The notes: generated by a model not told the origin, from the sequence alone. A stretch of DNA of 32,133 nucleotides from an uncultured Schlesneria sp. (GCA_966211735.1 CBIHQO010000001.1:1-32133), one strand, 5' to 3'; shown: positions 16,707 through 27,572, numbered from the stretch's first letter. Numbers and translations: made by a program.

Positions 16707-17906
16707 ATGAATCCCGCTGACAGCGATGCCTTAGTCCCCTTCGACTTCGATCCTCGCACGCGAGTTGTTTACGGACCAGGGACGATCGATCAACTGGGGG
16801 AGCTGGCGCGCGAGATCGGTGCGACTCGAGTGCTGGTTGTCAGCGATGAAGGAATCGCCCGCGCTGGCCACGTGGACCGCGCAATCACCGGACTTAACGC
16901 AGCGGGATTGGCTGCTCGCATCTTCACCGACGTTCAGCCAAATCCCACAACTGAAGATGTTGATCGTGGCCTGAGCGTCGCGCGGCAATTCGGTGTCGAC
17001 CTGTTGGTTGCGATCGGTGGTGGCAGCAGTATGGACTGTGCCAAGGGGATTAATTTCCTGCTGACTAATGGTGGTCAAATGCGAGATTATTGGGGAGTGG
17101 GCAAAGCCACCAAACCAATGCTGCCATTGATTGCCATTCCCACCACGGCCGGAACGGGAAGCGAAGCCCAATCGTTTGCGATTATTGCCGACGCCAAGAC
17201 GCACGTGAAGATGGCCTGCGGGGACAAAAAAGCAGCCTGTCGGGTGGCGATTCTGGATCCTGCCCTCACCTTAAGTATGCCTGCGGGAGTCACTGCGGCG
17301 ACAGGGATCGATGCCATCAGTCACGCCCTGGAAAGTTACGTCACGACCCGCCGCAATCCGGTTTCGCAATTGTTCGCTCGACGAGGCTGGAAGCTGTTGG
17401 CTCAGGGCTTTCCCGTGGTGCTGGCCAATGGCTCCGTCTCAACAGATTCGACGCTGCTGGTGGCTCGCGGTGCGATGCTGCTGGGTGCTCATCTGGCAGG
17501 AGCCGCGATTGAGAATTCGATGCTCGGTGCCACGCATGCGTTGGCGAATCCACTGACCGCGCATTATGGGATCACGCATGGCCTGGCAGTCGGGTTGATG
17601 CTACCGCACGTTGTCCGATTCAATGCTCCAGCGGTGGGGCATCTATATGGAGCCCTGGCGGCCGACGCGAAGATTTGTGCCGCCGATGACAAGAATGCAG
17701 GCGAGTTGCTCGCCGCGTATCTAGGTCAACTGATCAGCCACTCGGGAATGCCAACGAGTCTTGGCCAGTGTGGGGTCGCCCGGGCCAAACTTCCGCAAAT
17801 GGCTGAAGACGCGGCGAAGCAGTGGACAGGGACGTTTAATCCGAGGCCGGTCGACGAGTCGAGTTTATTAGACCTTTACGAAGCGGCCTTCGATCCGCCA
17901 GACTGA
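16707..17906 (+). CDS. Iron-containing (type III) alcohol dehydrogenase
   Basis: [16 protein letters not shown], and metal-ligand motifs [16 protein letters not shown] and THGLAVG. Likely start at ATG 16707; the ORF track starts at TTG 16632. Confidence 0.92.
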   Translation: MNPADSDALVPFDFDPRTRVVYGPGTIDQLGELAREIGATRVLVVSDEGIARAGHVDRAITGLNAAGLAARIFTDVQPNPTTEDVDRGLSVARQFGVDLLVAIGGGSSMDCAKGINFLLTNGGQMRDYWGVGKATKPMLPLIAIPTTAGTGSEAQSFAIIADAKTHVKMACGDKKAACRVAILDPALTLSMPAGVTAATGIDAISHALESYVTTRRNPVSQLFARRGWKLLAQGFPVVLANGSVSTDSTLLVARGAMLLGAHLAGAAIENSMLGATHALANPLTAHYGITHGLAVGLMLPHVVRFNAPAVGHLYGALAADAKICAADDKNAGELLAAYLGQLISHSGMPTSLGQCGVARAKLPQMAEDAAKQWTGTFNPRPVDESSLLDLYEAAFDPPD

Positions 17907-17960
17907 CCGGTACCCGCAGTCGTTCCGTTGGTCGCAATTTGAATCTTCAGGAAATCGCTC

Positions 17961-19145
17961 ATGTCGACATCCCTTGTTCGCAAACTCCAGGCGTTCGCCG
18001 CAATCTGTTTGCTGAACATGGTGTTTGAGGCGATTCCTCAAGGTTCTGGTGCCGAACCTGTTCCGCCCAAAGTGACGGGCTGGCCGTCATTTCGACATGA
18101 CTTGTCGCAATCTGGAGTCGCCACGTCATCGCTTCCGGATGATCTGGAACTGTTGTGGGAAGTGTCGATTGGCGACCAGATCCTGGCGACCGCGGCCATC
18201 GTCGGCGATTCGGTTTACGTTCCTTGTCTGTCAGGCGAGTTAGTTTGTTTGAATCGCAAGACCGGGGAAAAGCTGTGGGTCTACAAATCGGTCGAAGTCG
18301 TTGAGAAGAATTCGTTTGCCCCCGGCTTCAAATCGGCACCGACTGTTGCTGGCGAATCGATCTACCTGGGTGACGAAGAGGGGATGTTTCACGCGATTGA
18401 TCGCAGGACCGGGGAAGGTCGCTGGAAGTTTTCGACCGGTGGTGAGATCTACAGTGCCGCGGCAGTGCTGGACGGCAAAGTGATTTTTGGATCGTATGAC
18501 AATCGTTTGTATTGCCTGAGTGAAGCCGATGGCAAACTGGCGTGGCAGTATGAAACGCAGGGCTATGTCCATTGTGCGCCTGCGGTCGCGGAAGGGGTCA
18601 CGTTTATCGCAGGGTGCGATGAACATCTGCGAGTCATCGATATCAAGACGGGGCAGCAGCGGTTCGACTTCCCCTTGCAGACATACTTGATCGCCTCTCC
18701 AGCGGTCATCGGCGACATGCTGTATGTAGGAACGTACGCCAGCGAAGTCGTGGCCGTGGACTGGAAGAAGAAAGACGTTCTGTGGCGGTATTCGACTGGC
18801 AGCAGTGAGCAGCCGTTCCACTCATCCGCAGCAGTCACTGACCAGTTAGTGATCTTGGGCGGGCGCGACAGGCTGGTGCATGCGATCGACCGGGCAACCG
18901 GGAAAAAGGCTTGGACATTTCCCACGCGAGCCAAGGTTGATAGTTCACCCGCCGTTGTCGGAGATCGGGTTTTCGTTGGGTCTCACGATGGCAATCTTTA
19001 TGCCTTGGGCTTGGCCGACGGCAAGGAACGCTGGAAGTTTAATGCGGGCAAACCAATCTCTGCCGGACCTGCCATCGGCGAAGGGGTCCTGGTGGTCGGA
19101 AGTGAGAGCCGGGATGGCAAAGTGTACTGTTTCGGAAAAAAGTAG
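17961..19145 (+). CDS. Exported PQQ-like/BamB-like beta-propeller repeat protein
   Basis: Signal-peptide-like N-terminus, WPSFRHD start motif and about eight Trp-docking repeats (NRKTGEKLW, DRRTGEGRW, SEADGKLAW, DRATGKKAW, LADGKERW). Confidence 0.88.
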   Translation: MSTSLVRKLQAFAAICLLNMVFEAIPQGSGAEPVPPKVTGWPSFRHDLSQSGVATSSLPDDLELLWEVSIGDQILATAAIVGDSVYVPCLSGELVCLNRKTGEKLWVYKSVEVVEKNSFAPGFKSAPTVAGESIYLGDEEGMFHAIDRRTGEGRWKFSTGGEIYSAAAVLDGKVIFGSYDNRLYCLSEADGKLAWQYETQGYVHCAPAVAEGVTFIAGCDEHLRVIDIKTGQQRFDFPLQTYLIASPAVIGDMLYVGTYASEVVAVDWKKKDVLWRYSTGSSEQPFHSSAAVTDQLVILGGRDRLVHAIDRATGKKAWTFPTRAKVDSSPAVVGDRVFVGSHDGNLYALGLADGKERWKFNAGKPISAGPAIGEGVLVVGSESRDGKVYCFGKK

Positions 19146-19237
19146 TTCGACGGGGCCTTGCAGAATGACTTGGCACGGCTATGAATAGTTTGAACCGGAT
19201 CGAATATTGAGCATCCGGAACCCGGGAGTTTGTTCGT

Positions 19238-20548
<1,311 letters not shown>

Positions 20549-20610
20549 AATCCGTTGGAAGTCGCTTCGCCTGCACTGTCTTTATCCGCTGATTGCTGCC
20601 CGAATCAACT

Positions 20611-21144
20611 ATGAATCCACACGACGAATTGCTGGCCCTCACGAATCTGTTTCCGTCATCGGAGGCTTTGTTTCTGAAAGCAGAGCATATTCCGTCGGCA
20701 GTGACGCCGGAGCCTTACAAGACGATGCTGGTCCATGACCATCATATGACGGTGGCGATGGAGACTCATCACCGTTCACCGGTCGACGTGCGCGTGCTTG
20801 CTGACAAGTTGGATGGCGACATGTACGCGCGCGAGATCTTGCTGCTGAAGCACGGGACAGATACGGTCGTGCAATACGGTCTGGTGCGGTTCAACCTCAG
20901 TTACGTCACTGAGGATGTGCGACGTGAGATCCTGGCCAAGCAGACGCCGTTGGGGCGTATCCTGATCAATCACAATGTGCTACGGCACATCGATCTGGGG
21001 GCCATTCTGGAAATGACGGCCGGCCCTGGACTGGCAAAGCATTTCCGGATGCCAGTCGGCAGCGTCACTTACGGACGCATGGCGACAATCTTCTGCAATC
21101 GGCAGCCTGCGGTTGATTTGCTGGAGGTTTCGGGTCCGCTTTGA
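20611..21144 (+). CDS. Chorismate-pyruvate-lyase/UTRA-fold-like protein
   Basis: Pattern [13 protein letters not shown]...VDVRVL...YAREILL...[12 protein letters not shown] resembles UbiC/DUF98-family motifs. Likely start at ATG 20611. Confidence 0.55.
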   Translation: MNPHDELLALTNLFPSSEALFLKAEHIPSAVTPEPYKTMLVHDHHMTVAMETHHRSPVDVRVLADKLDGDMYAREILLLKHGTDTVVQYGLVRFNLSYVTEDVRREILAKQTPLGRILINHNVLRHIDLGAILEMTAGPGLAKHFRMPVGSVTYGRMATIFCNRQPAVDLLEVSGPL

Positions 21145-21195
21145 AAATGGGGCTTATAGGACGCATGCGACCCATAAGTCCGCATCAAAGAAAAC

Positions 21196-21232
21196 AAAAA
21201 GAGGCGTCAAAAAAGTGACGCCTCTTTCATTT
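21196..21232. terminator. Bidirectional intrinsic terminator between convergent genes
   Basis: Perfect 12-bp stem AAAGAGGCGTCA (21198-21209) / TGACGCCTCTTT (21216-21227), with an A-run on the left and a T-rich tail on the right. Confidence 0.8.
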
Positions 21233-21351
21233 CGCTTTGATAACCAAAACCGCCGCGCTTTCATCTTGAAATGCGGCAGTGGTGATCGGTCTTGCGACCG
21301 ATCCTTCGGGGCCGTTTGGTCTTCGTCTTGAAGGGACGGCCCCGAACCATA

Positions 21352-21924
21352 TTAGGCGAGTTGCTTTTTCCGGCCAACGAGCGTGCGGATTCGTTCGGCC
21401 AGCAGTGCGCTGTCGAATGGCTTCCGGAACGTTTCGTTGAACGGGGTACGGTCGAATCCGCTGGCGGTGTCGTCGTCGCTCAGAAGAGCCACTAGAACAG
21501 CGTCGGCGTAGTCGTTGTTTTTCCGCAAGTTTTGCGCAATCAGCGTCGCTTCGTGACGACCCATTCCGAAGTCAATCACGATGCAGTCGGGATGCAGGGA
21601 TTCAGCCTGAATACCGGCCTCGAAGCCACTTGCCGCTGACTCAATTTTGTAGTCATCGGTCGGTAGCAGATCCATAAGGTGGCCGCGGACGGTGGCTTCA
21701 ATGCCAACCAACAGCAGCTTGCCCATGGCCTCGTCCTCGAGTTCTCCGAGAGGCATTCCGTGTTCTTTGAGAAAACGGATCAGATGCTCACGGGGAATAC
21801 GACGGTCTTGAGATCCGGGAATGCGGTAACCGCGCAGACGGCCGGAGTCAAACCATTTGCTGACAGTGCGGGGCGCAACCTTGCAGATCTTTGCTACCTG
21901 ACCAGTAGTGAAGATCGTTCTCAT
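21352..21924 (-). CDS. Excisionase/MerR-like HTH domain plus atypical receiver domain regulator
   Basis: N-terminal FTTGQVAKICKVAPRTVSKWFDSGRLRGYRIPGSQDRRIPR (HTH_17-like), then a REC-like domain (PDCIVID, RKPFD). GGAGAG RBS lies before ATG 21924. Confidence 0.88.
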   Translation of the reverse strand: MRTIFTTGQVAKICKVAPRTVSKWFDSGRLRGYRIPGSQDRRIPREHLIRFLKEHGMPLGELEDEAMGKLLLVGIEATVRGHLMDLLPTDDYKIESAASGFEAGIQAESLHPDCIVIDFGMGRHEATLIAQNLRKNNDYADAVLVALLSDDDTASGFDRTPFNETFRKPFDSALLAERIRTLVGRKKQLA

Positions 21925-22715
21925 CGCGGGCTCTCCAATCACCTAGATTATTCACACACAGAAGGGCGTCGCGACCCTCCGGATCTTCACCCTCGAACGT
22001 TTCAACGCGGCTATCCATGCCCTCTGGGTATTCAGGCCTGTCCTGTCACTGCAATTGCAGCTTCAGGCCAGTGGAAGACCCGACGGCTGAAAACCACGTT
22101 TTCAGTAGGCGGGCTGTCGTCACGTTTGGGTATCGGCGGGCATCAAAGACCTGATCCCTGGTCAATGGACCCGTGGGTGGCCGGACGAGCTGCTTCACGC
22201 ACAGTGGTTCAGTCTGTGGTGTGAAGAATCTAAGTTGTCCTGCCCCCCAAGATGCTTCCGCAGTCACTTCAAGCTTCCTCGGATCAATCGCCATCCGCTG
22301 AGTGCTTGTTGTTACCGCTGAGACTCATCTGCGTAGTAGAATCGTCGCAGGTCCCCGCAAACCTTGAGAATCTTTGTCAAGAGTGATTTGAGGAAGAGAA
22401 GGTTTCTTGCCAATGACCGGCCCGGAATGGCTCAAGGTCCGGCAAACTTTACCAAATTTGCCTGAATTGAGATGAAAGGGGCGACGGCGGCGCCAGCGGT
22501 GGGGTCATTCTGCAGGAAACAGCCAGGTCGCGAGATGACGCGCACGGTGAAAGAGGCGCCGCGCAAGTTTTGGTTCGCGGTGGAATCGCATCAAGAGGGT
22601 GCGAGTTCCGCCCTTCGACGGGTGTCGGACGTTAGCGCACGCCCAACGGTGGCACGATCGGCGAAAAGATTTTCAACATTCCGTTCGCGATCGGATTGGT
22701 TTGCCTACAGTTCGC

Positions 22716-23639
22716 CTACCGTCGCTCTGTCCGCTCGGCTTCTCTCGAGCGGCGGTAATGCTGGACGAATGTATCTGGGTTGATGGGGATACTCACTTTG
22801 AGGCCCGCGCGTTCAAAGCTGGGCCGAATGCGAGTACTGCGACTCCACTCGTCCTCATCAATCATTCCATTTCTGTTTTGATCCATCTGCCCGAATATGT
22901 TGCGCGCTTCTTTATCAAGCTCGTCGCCAGGAGTACCCACTGGTGCCGGTGAAGCCGGATTGGCACCACTACTCCCCGCTGGAGCGGGTGCTGCACGAGC
23001 TGTCACTTTTGCATACAGCGTCTTCAATGCCTCGGCGGGCAGCAATTCCGCCGGCGTGAGGAAGCCATCCCCGTTCTTATCAAGCTTTGCGAATTCCGAG
23101 TACGCCTTTCGATCCCACTCATAGAGTGCGATCTGGCCATCCCCATTTTTGTCTCGTGCAGCGAATTCGGCTGGCAACTCGGGGACATAGTGACTTTTGC
23201 GGCCGGCAAAGCGAGAGGTGGCCGGCACGGCGGCCCCGGTCACTTTGGTTTCAGTCGGTTTCGCCTTCGTGAGTTCTTCTTTCACAGCCTTCACTGATTC
23301 GCGGTTAACCTTGTCTTCCATCACCTTCTTGGGATCGTTGTCACGGCCTGCAATGGCGGCGAGCGCGGTTGCAACACCCGACGTGATGAATGCTTCTCTG
23401 GAGACCGGGATGGATGCTGGTAAGCCGTGGGCGTGCATGTCGGCTAGATCAGAATCAGGGACGTTTTCCACTTCGGTTTCGTCCAGTTCACCGTCACCGT
23501 TAATGTCAAAACTTTCGAACTGGCCTTCGTAACTGGCGCGGAGTGAATCCGTATCCTGATCTTGGACCACAGCTCCCCAGCCGACGCTGTTGAAGGCGAT
23601 GATTGCCAGTCCCCAAAAAGCGATTTCACGACTTGCCAT
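22716..23639 (-). CDS. Exported EF-hand domain protein
   Basis: Signal-peptide-like N-terminus and EF-hand loops DINGDGELDETE, DKNGDGQIALYE, DKNGDGFLTPAE and DQNRNGMIDEDE. Confidence 0.85.
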   Translation of the reverse strand: MASREIAFWGLAIIAFNSVGWGAVVQDQDTDSLRASYEGQFESFDINGDGELDETEVENVPDSDLADMHAHGLPASIPVSREAFITSGVATALAAIAGRDNDPKKVMEDKVNRESVKAVKEELTKAKPTETKVTGAAVPATSRFAGRKSHYVPELPAEFAARDKNGDGQIALYEWDRKAYSEFAKLDKNGDGFLTPAELLPAEALKTLYAKVTARAAPAPAGSSGANPASPAPVGTPGDELDKEARNIFGQMDQNRNGMIDEDEWSRSTRIRPSFERAGLKVSIPINPDTFVQHYRRSREAERTERR

Positions 23640-23975
23640 TCCCGACCCCTTATTCGCCGCAACCTCAAGCCATATTAGCAGCAGCGCCTGAAGTTTACCT
23701 GAATCTTATTGCTGGTGGCCGGAAGGCATCGTCACACTACGTCGACGACAAACTTGAGCAAAATCGCAGTGATTCATCAGGAGCCGGAAAGATTCGGCCA
23801 GCGGACGATTTGACCCGTAAATTCGGCCTTCTTGTTGCTTGACGACACGTCCGATAGCATAAGTTTTGTCGCCAACTCTGGCGATTCCGATGTTTTCGTC
23901 TGCGATGGCCGTTTTAAGTCTCGTAGTGCCTGCGAGTGCGTCATCTGGCTCGCGCCCAATTTCCGGAGACCAATC

Positions 23976-26900
23976 ATGCGGCGAATCTGCGAGATCCTGA
24001 AGCGAGTGGGCACGGGCGGCGTCCTATGCGCGAGCCTGATTCTGATCGCTGATATCGCAGTCGCCCAACCGGGGCGTCCTGACGGTCAACGTGGTGGACC
24101 AGGTGGCGGTCCGGGGGGCCGCGGAAGTCGGGGTGGTTTCTTCGGGGGAGGCGAGCCCAGCCTGAGCCGCGAGTTACGCAAGGACACCTTTGCGGAAAAG
24201 ATGAACCTCACCGAGGCGCAGAAGGAGGCTCTGAACGAACTGGATATGCAGCGTGGCGAATTTTTCCGCAGTATGCCGCGCGGCAACGGCGGACCTGGAA
24301 CGGAAGACTTCGAAAAACGCATGCAGGACATGCAGGCGAAAATGAAAGAGTTCGAGAATCAGGCGACGGCGATCCTGACCCCAGAGCAAAAGACGATTTG
24401 GGAAGAACGCAAAGCAGAGATCAAGGTCGAGCAGGAAGCCGGTCGCAATGATCGGCCGGATATCAATCGACCACGAAGCGATGCTGGATCGAGTCCGTCT
24501 GCGGCCACACAGCCATCGACTCGTCGAACCGTTTTCTCAGATGAAAAGGCACCCGACGGCGTTGCCCCCACTGCTTCATTCGCGGCGCGACCGATCCCCG
24601 GCTCCACGGGAACGACCATCACCGACGATGGTGTCGGGAGTGCTGTCGGTGCGAAAGCCGCCAATGGGGAAGCAACTCTGTCGTTCAACTTCCGCTACGC
24701 TCCCTGGACCGACGTGCTGAAGCTGTTCGCCGATGCGGCCCAGTGGACGCTGGACCTGAATGAAGTGCCGCCAGGAACCTTCAACTACTACGACGATAAG
24801 GCTTATACCGTTACCGAAGCCCTGGATGTCCTGAATGGATACCTGCTGCCGAAGGGCTATGCCCTGGTCCGTCGCGATCGTTTTCTGGTAGCGCTGAACA
24901 TCGACAATGGGATTCCGCCCGGCCTGCTCCCGACCATTACGGTGGACGAATTGGCCAAGCGTGGCGTGAATGAACTGTTGATAGTCGACGTTCCTCTGGA
25001 AGGTTTCGAAGTCGATAAAATTGTCGGAGAAGTCAAAGAGCTGTTAAGTCCATGGGGCAAAATCGCCGCCATGAAACAAACCAACTCGTTGAACATCTTG
25101 GACACCGGAGGCAACATCAGCCGAATCATCCGGTTGCTGAAGGCGGGAACCCCTGTTGGAAATTCCGAAACGGCATTTCGTGCCATCGCGTTGAAGCACA
25201 TCACCGCGGCCGATGCGGAACGAACAATTCGTCGTTTGTTCGGCCTGAACCCCGCAGTCACGTCGAACACGCCGCAGTTCGGCATGGGATTTGGCGGCGG
25301 TCCGTTCGGTGGATTCGGAGGCTTCGGCGGGTTCCGTGGAGGTGACGACAGAGGACGTGGCGGCGATGATCGCAATCGCGATCAACAGCAACGACCGCAA
25401 CCCACAGTGGCCGCTCCTTCAACGCCTTCGCCGTTTGCTGGCAAGATCCAGGTGACGGCCGATACGCGAACAAATCACTTGCTGGTCACCGCCTCCGCGT
25501 CGCTGGTCAAGGTTGTTGAAGACGCCGTGAAGTCGATCGATGTCGATACCGGCAAACCCCCGGTCGATTCGGGGCCTGCCTATCTAAAGGCCTATACGGT
25601 CGCTGGCGGCGATGTCACTCAGGTGGCCCAAACCTTGAATTCCATGTTGCCTGGGTTGGTCGTGGGAGTCGATACGCGATCCAGCAAGATTCATGTTCAA
25701 GGGAATGGCGAAGAGCATGCCCAGATTGATCGGCTGATCCACACATTAGCAGGTGAAGTCGGTGGTTCAGTGGCAGTGATCAATCTCACCAGATCCGATC
25801 CCGTCCAGGTGACAAATACACTGCGAAACCTGTTTGCGACAGAAGTGAAAGCCCCCACGATCGAGGCCGATTCGCTCGGTCGCCGACTCTTGATTCGTGG
25901 TTCGGCCGAACAACTGGCTCAAGTGAAAAGTCTCTTGGCGAGCTTGGGAGAATCCGGTCTCGATCCCAATTCCGACGCGATGAAAGCGAATCGCGGCAAC
26001 GTCCGCATGCTCAATCCACAGGGGCGGGATCCTCAGGATGTGCTGCCACTGATGCGGCAAATGTGGGATGCCGCAGACCGCGCCCCGATTCGCGTTGTCG
26101 TGCCGTCGCAACCGAATCCTGTTCGCGAACGCCGCGTTCCGGGTGGTCGCAGCTTGGACCTTGAGACTCCGGCAAACTCGAATCGGCCTCCTGAAGTGCC
26201 GCGTCCAACTAGCCGCCCCGCGGGCTCACTTGATCGCACAGGGCCGTCAACTCAGACCGCTCCTCGACGCTCGTCGATTTTGCAGGTCAGTCAATCGGGG
26301 GCACGTGACGACGAAGCCGCACCAAAATCGATCGGCACCAGCCAGACGGGTGATCCGGTTGAGCCGCCCGCCGGGGCCAAGCCTGAAGTCTTGCCAAAAC
26401 GTGCTGACGCTGCGCCAGCGGCTTCGGACAAATCGCCTATCAGCCTTTCGATCGTTGGTGGGGAACTGGTGATTACCGGCGATAACCCCGAGGCTCTCGA
26501 CCAGTTCGAGGAGATGTTCAACACGCTGGTCTCCGCCTTGCCGGTGCGAACTCAATGGACGGTGTTCTATTTGCGTAGTGCCGATGCGACCGACACCGCA
26601 CAAATGTTGGAGCGACTGTTTCCTCAAAGCAGCGTCACGGCGTCCACATCCTCCAGCGGAGGCATGTTCGGTTCATTGACCGGCGGACTGTCAAACTTGG
26701 GCCGCGGCATGATGAATGTCACCGGACTCAACCAAACCCTCGGCGGAGCCAACGGTCTGCGCATCATCACTGATATTCGATCGAATGCCTTGTTCGTCTC
26801 GGGCCCGAAAGATCAGATCGCTGAAATTGAATCCATGTTGGAGTTGCTGGATTCCGCAGAGCTTCCCACATCACTCCGCGATCGAGTTCCTCGCGAGATC

Positions 26901-27572
26901 GCTGTTGAACATGCCGACGTCGAAGAAGTCGCCGCCATTATCGAAGATGTCTTCAAAGACGCTTTGACCCCTGAGAATCAGCAGCAACAGGGTGGCGGTG
27001 GGCAACGATTCAATCCGCTCGCCATGCTGATGGGTGGTGGAGGCGGAGGTGGCAGTGGACGAAAAGAACCTGGCGTTCAACTGACTGTTGGCGTGGATCG
27101 CCGCACCAGCCATCTAATCATCTCTTGCAATGACAATCTGTTTCGCCAGATTGAAGGCTTGGTGACGTCGATCGACGAACGCGCTCGTGATGCTCGGCAG
27201 ACCGTGCAGATCATGCGACTCGAAACGGCTGACCCGACCGTCGTTTCCTCGACCCTCGTCTCGTTAATTCCCAAGGTGACGGTGAGTGCGTCACGTGCGA
27301 CTCGCCGCAAACCGGGTGAGCAACCGGGTCAGCCTCAGGGTCAACCCCAGGGAGGCGGGCAGAATGATGGTGAACTGATGCGGCGCATGATGGAACGCAA
27401 TCGGCAGCAAGGGGGCGGCCAGAACTCGGGCGGTGGACAGCGGCCGAACTTTGGCGGCGGAACTGGTCGGACCAACGGAGGAGCCGGATCTGGGGGAAGT
27501 CGGCCAGGAGGCAATCGACAAGGGGGCGGTGCTCGCCCAAATACGGGCAGCAGCGGTCGTCGAGCCAACTAG
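23976..27572 (+). CDS. Large exported Secretin_N (GspD N-domain) repeat protein lacking the C-terminal secretin barrel
   Basis: GGAGA RBS before ATG 23976 and a signal peptide. N0-like segment SFNFRYAPWTDVL followed by repeated N-domains (IALKHITAADA...ADTRTNHLLV, INLTRSDP, FYLRSADA...DIRSNALFVSG, IAVEHADV...DRRTSHLII). Ends in a low-complexity G/Q/R tail. Confidence 0.82.
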   Translation: MRRICEILKRVGTGGVLCASLILIADIAVAQPGRPDGQRGGPGGGPGGRGSRGGFFGGGEPSLSRELRKDTFAEKMNLTEAQKEALNELDMQRGEFFRSMPRGNGGPGTEDFEKRMQDMQAKMKEFENQATAILTPEQKTIWEERKAEIKVEQEAGRNDRPDINRPRSDAGSSPSAATQPSTRRTVFSDEKAPDGVAPTASFAARPIPGSTGTTITDDGVGSAVGAKAANGEATLSFNFRYAPWTDVLKLFADAAQWTLDLNEVPPGTFNYYDDKAYTVTEALDVLNGYLLPKGYALVRRDRFLVALNIDNGIPPGLLPTITVDELAKRGVNELLIVDVPLEGFEVDKIVGEVKELLSPWGKIAAMKQTNSLNILDTGGNISRIIRLLKAGTPVGNSETAFRAIALKHITAADAERTIRRLFGLNPAVTSNTPQFGMGFGGGPFGGFGGFGGFRGGDDRGRGGDDRNRDQQQRPQPTVAAPSTPSPFAGKIQVTADTRTNHLLVTASASLVKVVEDAVKSIDVDTGKPPVDSGPAYLKAYTVAGGDVTQVAQTLNSMLPGLVVGVDTRSSKIHVQGNGEEHAQIDRLIHTLAGEVGGSVAVINLTRSDPVQVTNTLRNLFATEVKAPTIEADSLGRRLLIRGSAEQLAQVKSLLASLGESGLDPNSDAMKANRGNVRMLNPQGRDPQDVLPLMRQMWDAADRAPIRVVVPSQPNPVRERRVPGGRSLDLETPANSNRPPEVPRPTSRPAGSLDRTGPSTQTAPRRSSILQVSQSGARDDEAAPKSIGTSQTGDPVEPPAGAKPEVLPKRADAAPAASDKSPISLSIVGGELVITGDNPEALDQFEEMFNTLVSALPVRTQWTVFYLRSADATDTAQMLERLFPQSSVTASTSSSGGMFGSLTGGLSNLGRGMMNVTGLNQTLGGANGLRIITDIRSNALFVSGPKDQIAEIESMLELLDSAELPTSLRDRVPREIAVEHADVEEVAAIIEDVFKDALTPENQQQQGGGGQRFNPLAMLMGGGGGGGSGRKEPGVQLTVGVDRRTSHLIISCNDNLFRQIEGLVTSIDERARDARQTVQIMRLETADPTVVSSTLVSLIPKVTVSASRATRRKPGEQPGQPQGQPQGGGQNDGELMRRMMERNRQQGGGQNSGGGQRPNFGGGTGRTNGGAGSGGSRPGGNRQGGGARPNTGSSGRRAN

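Noticed and set aside
17961..19145. bamB or a PQQ-dependent dehydrogenase
   Set aside because: No clear lipobox, too short for a quinoprotein ADH/GDH, and generic propellers of this kind are abundant in planctomycetes.
21352..21924. Prophage or ICE excisionase
   Set aside because: The HTH is fused to a REC domain, and no integrase, tRNA or att-like repeat is nearby.
22339..22367. Sigma28-like promoter TCAAG...GACGAT on the minus strand
   Set aside because: Spacing is about 2 nt longer than consensus and the -10 is imperfect, so it is not supportable without TSS data.
22437..22470. GGCAAAC as the start of a c-di-GMP-I riboswitch
   Set aside because: No GNRA-capped P2 or GACGCAAA follows, and it is on the wrong strand for the adjacent gene. 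It is just a short inverted repeat.
23832..23975. N-terminal extensions given by the ORF track (also 11271-11402, 16632-16706 and 29175-29381)
   Set aside because: Downstream ATGs have better RBS, signal-peptide position or translational coupling, and some extensions overlap neighbouring genes.
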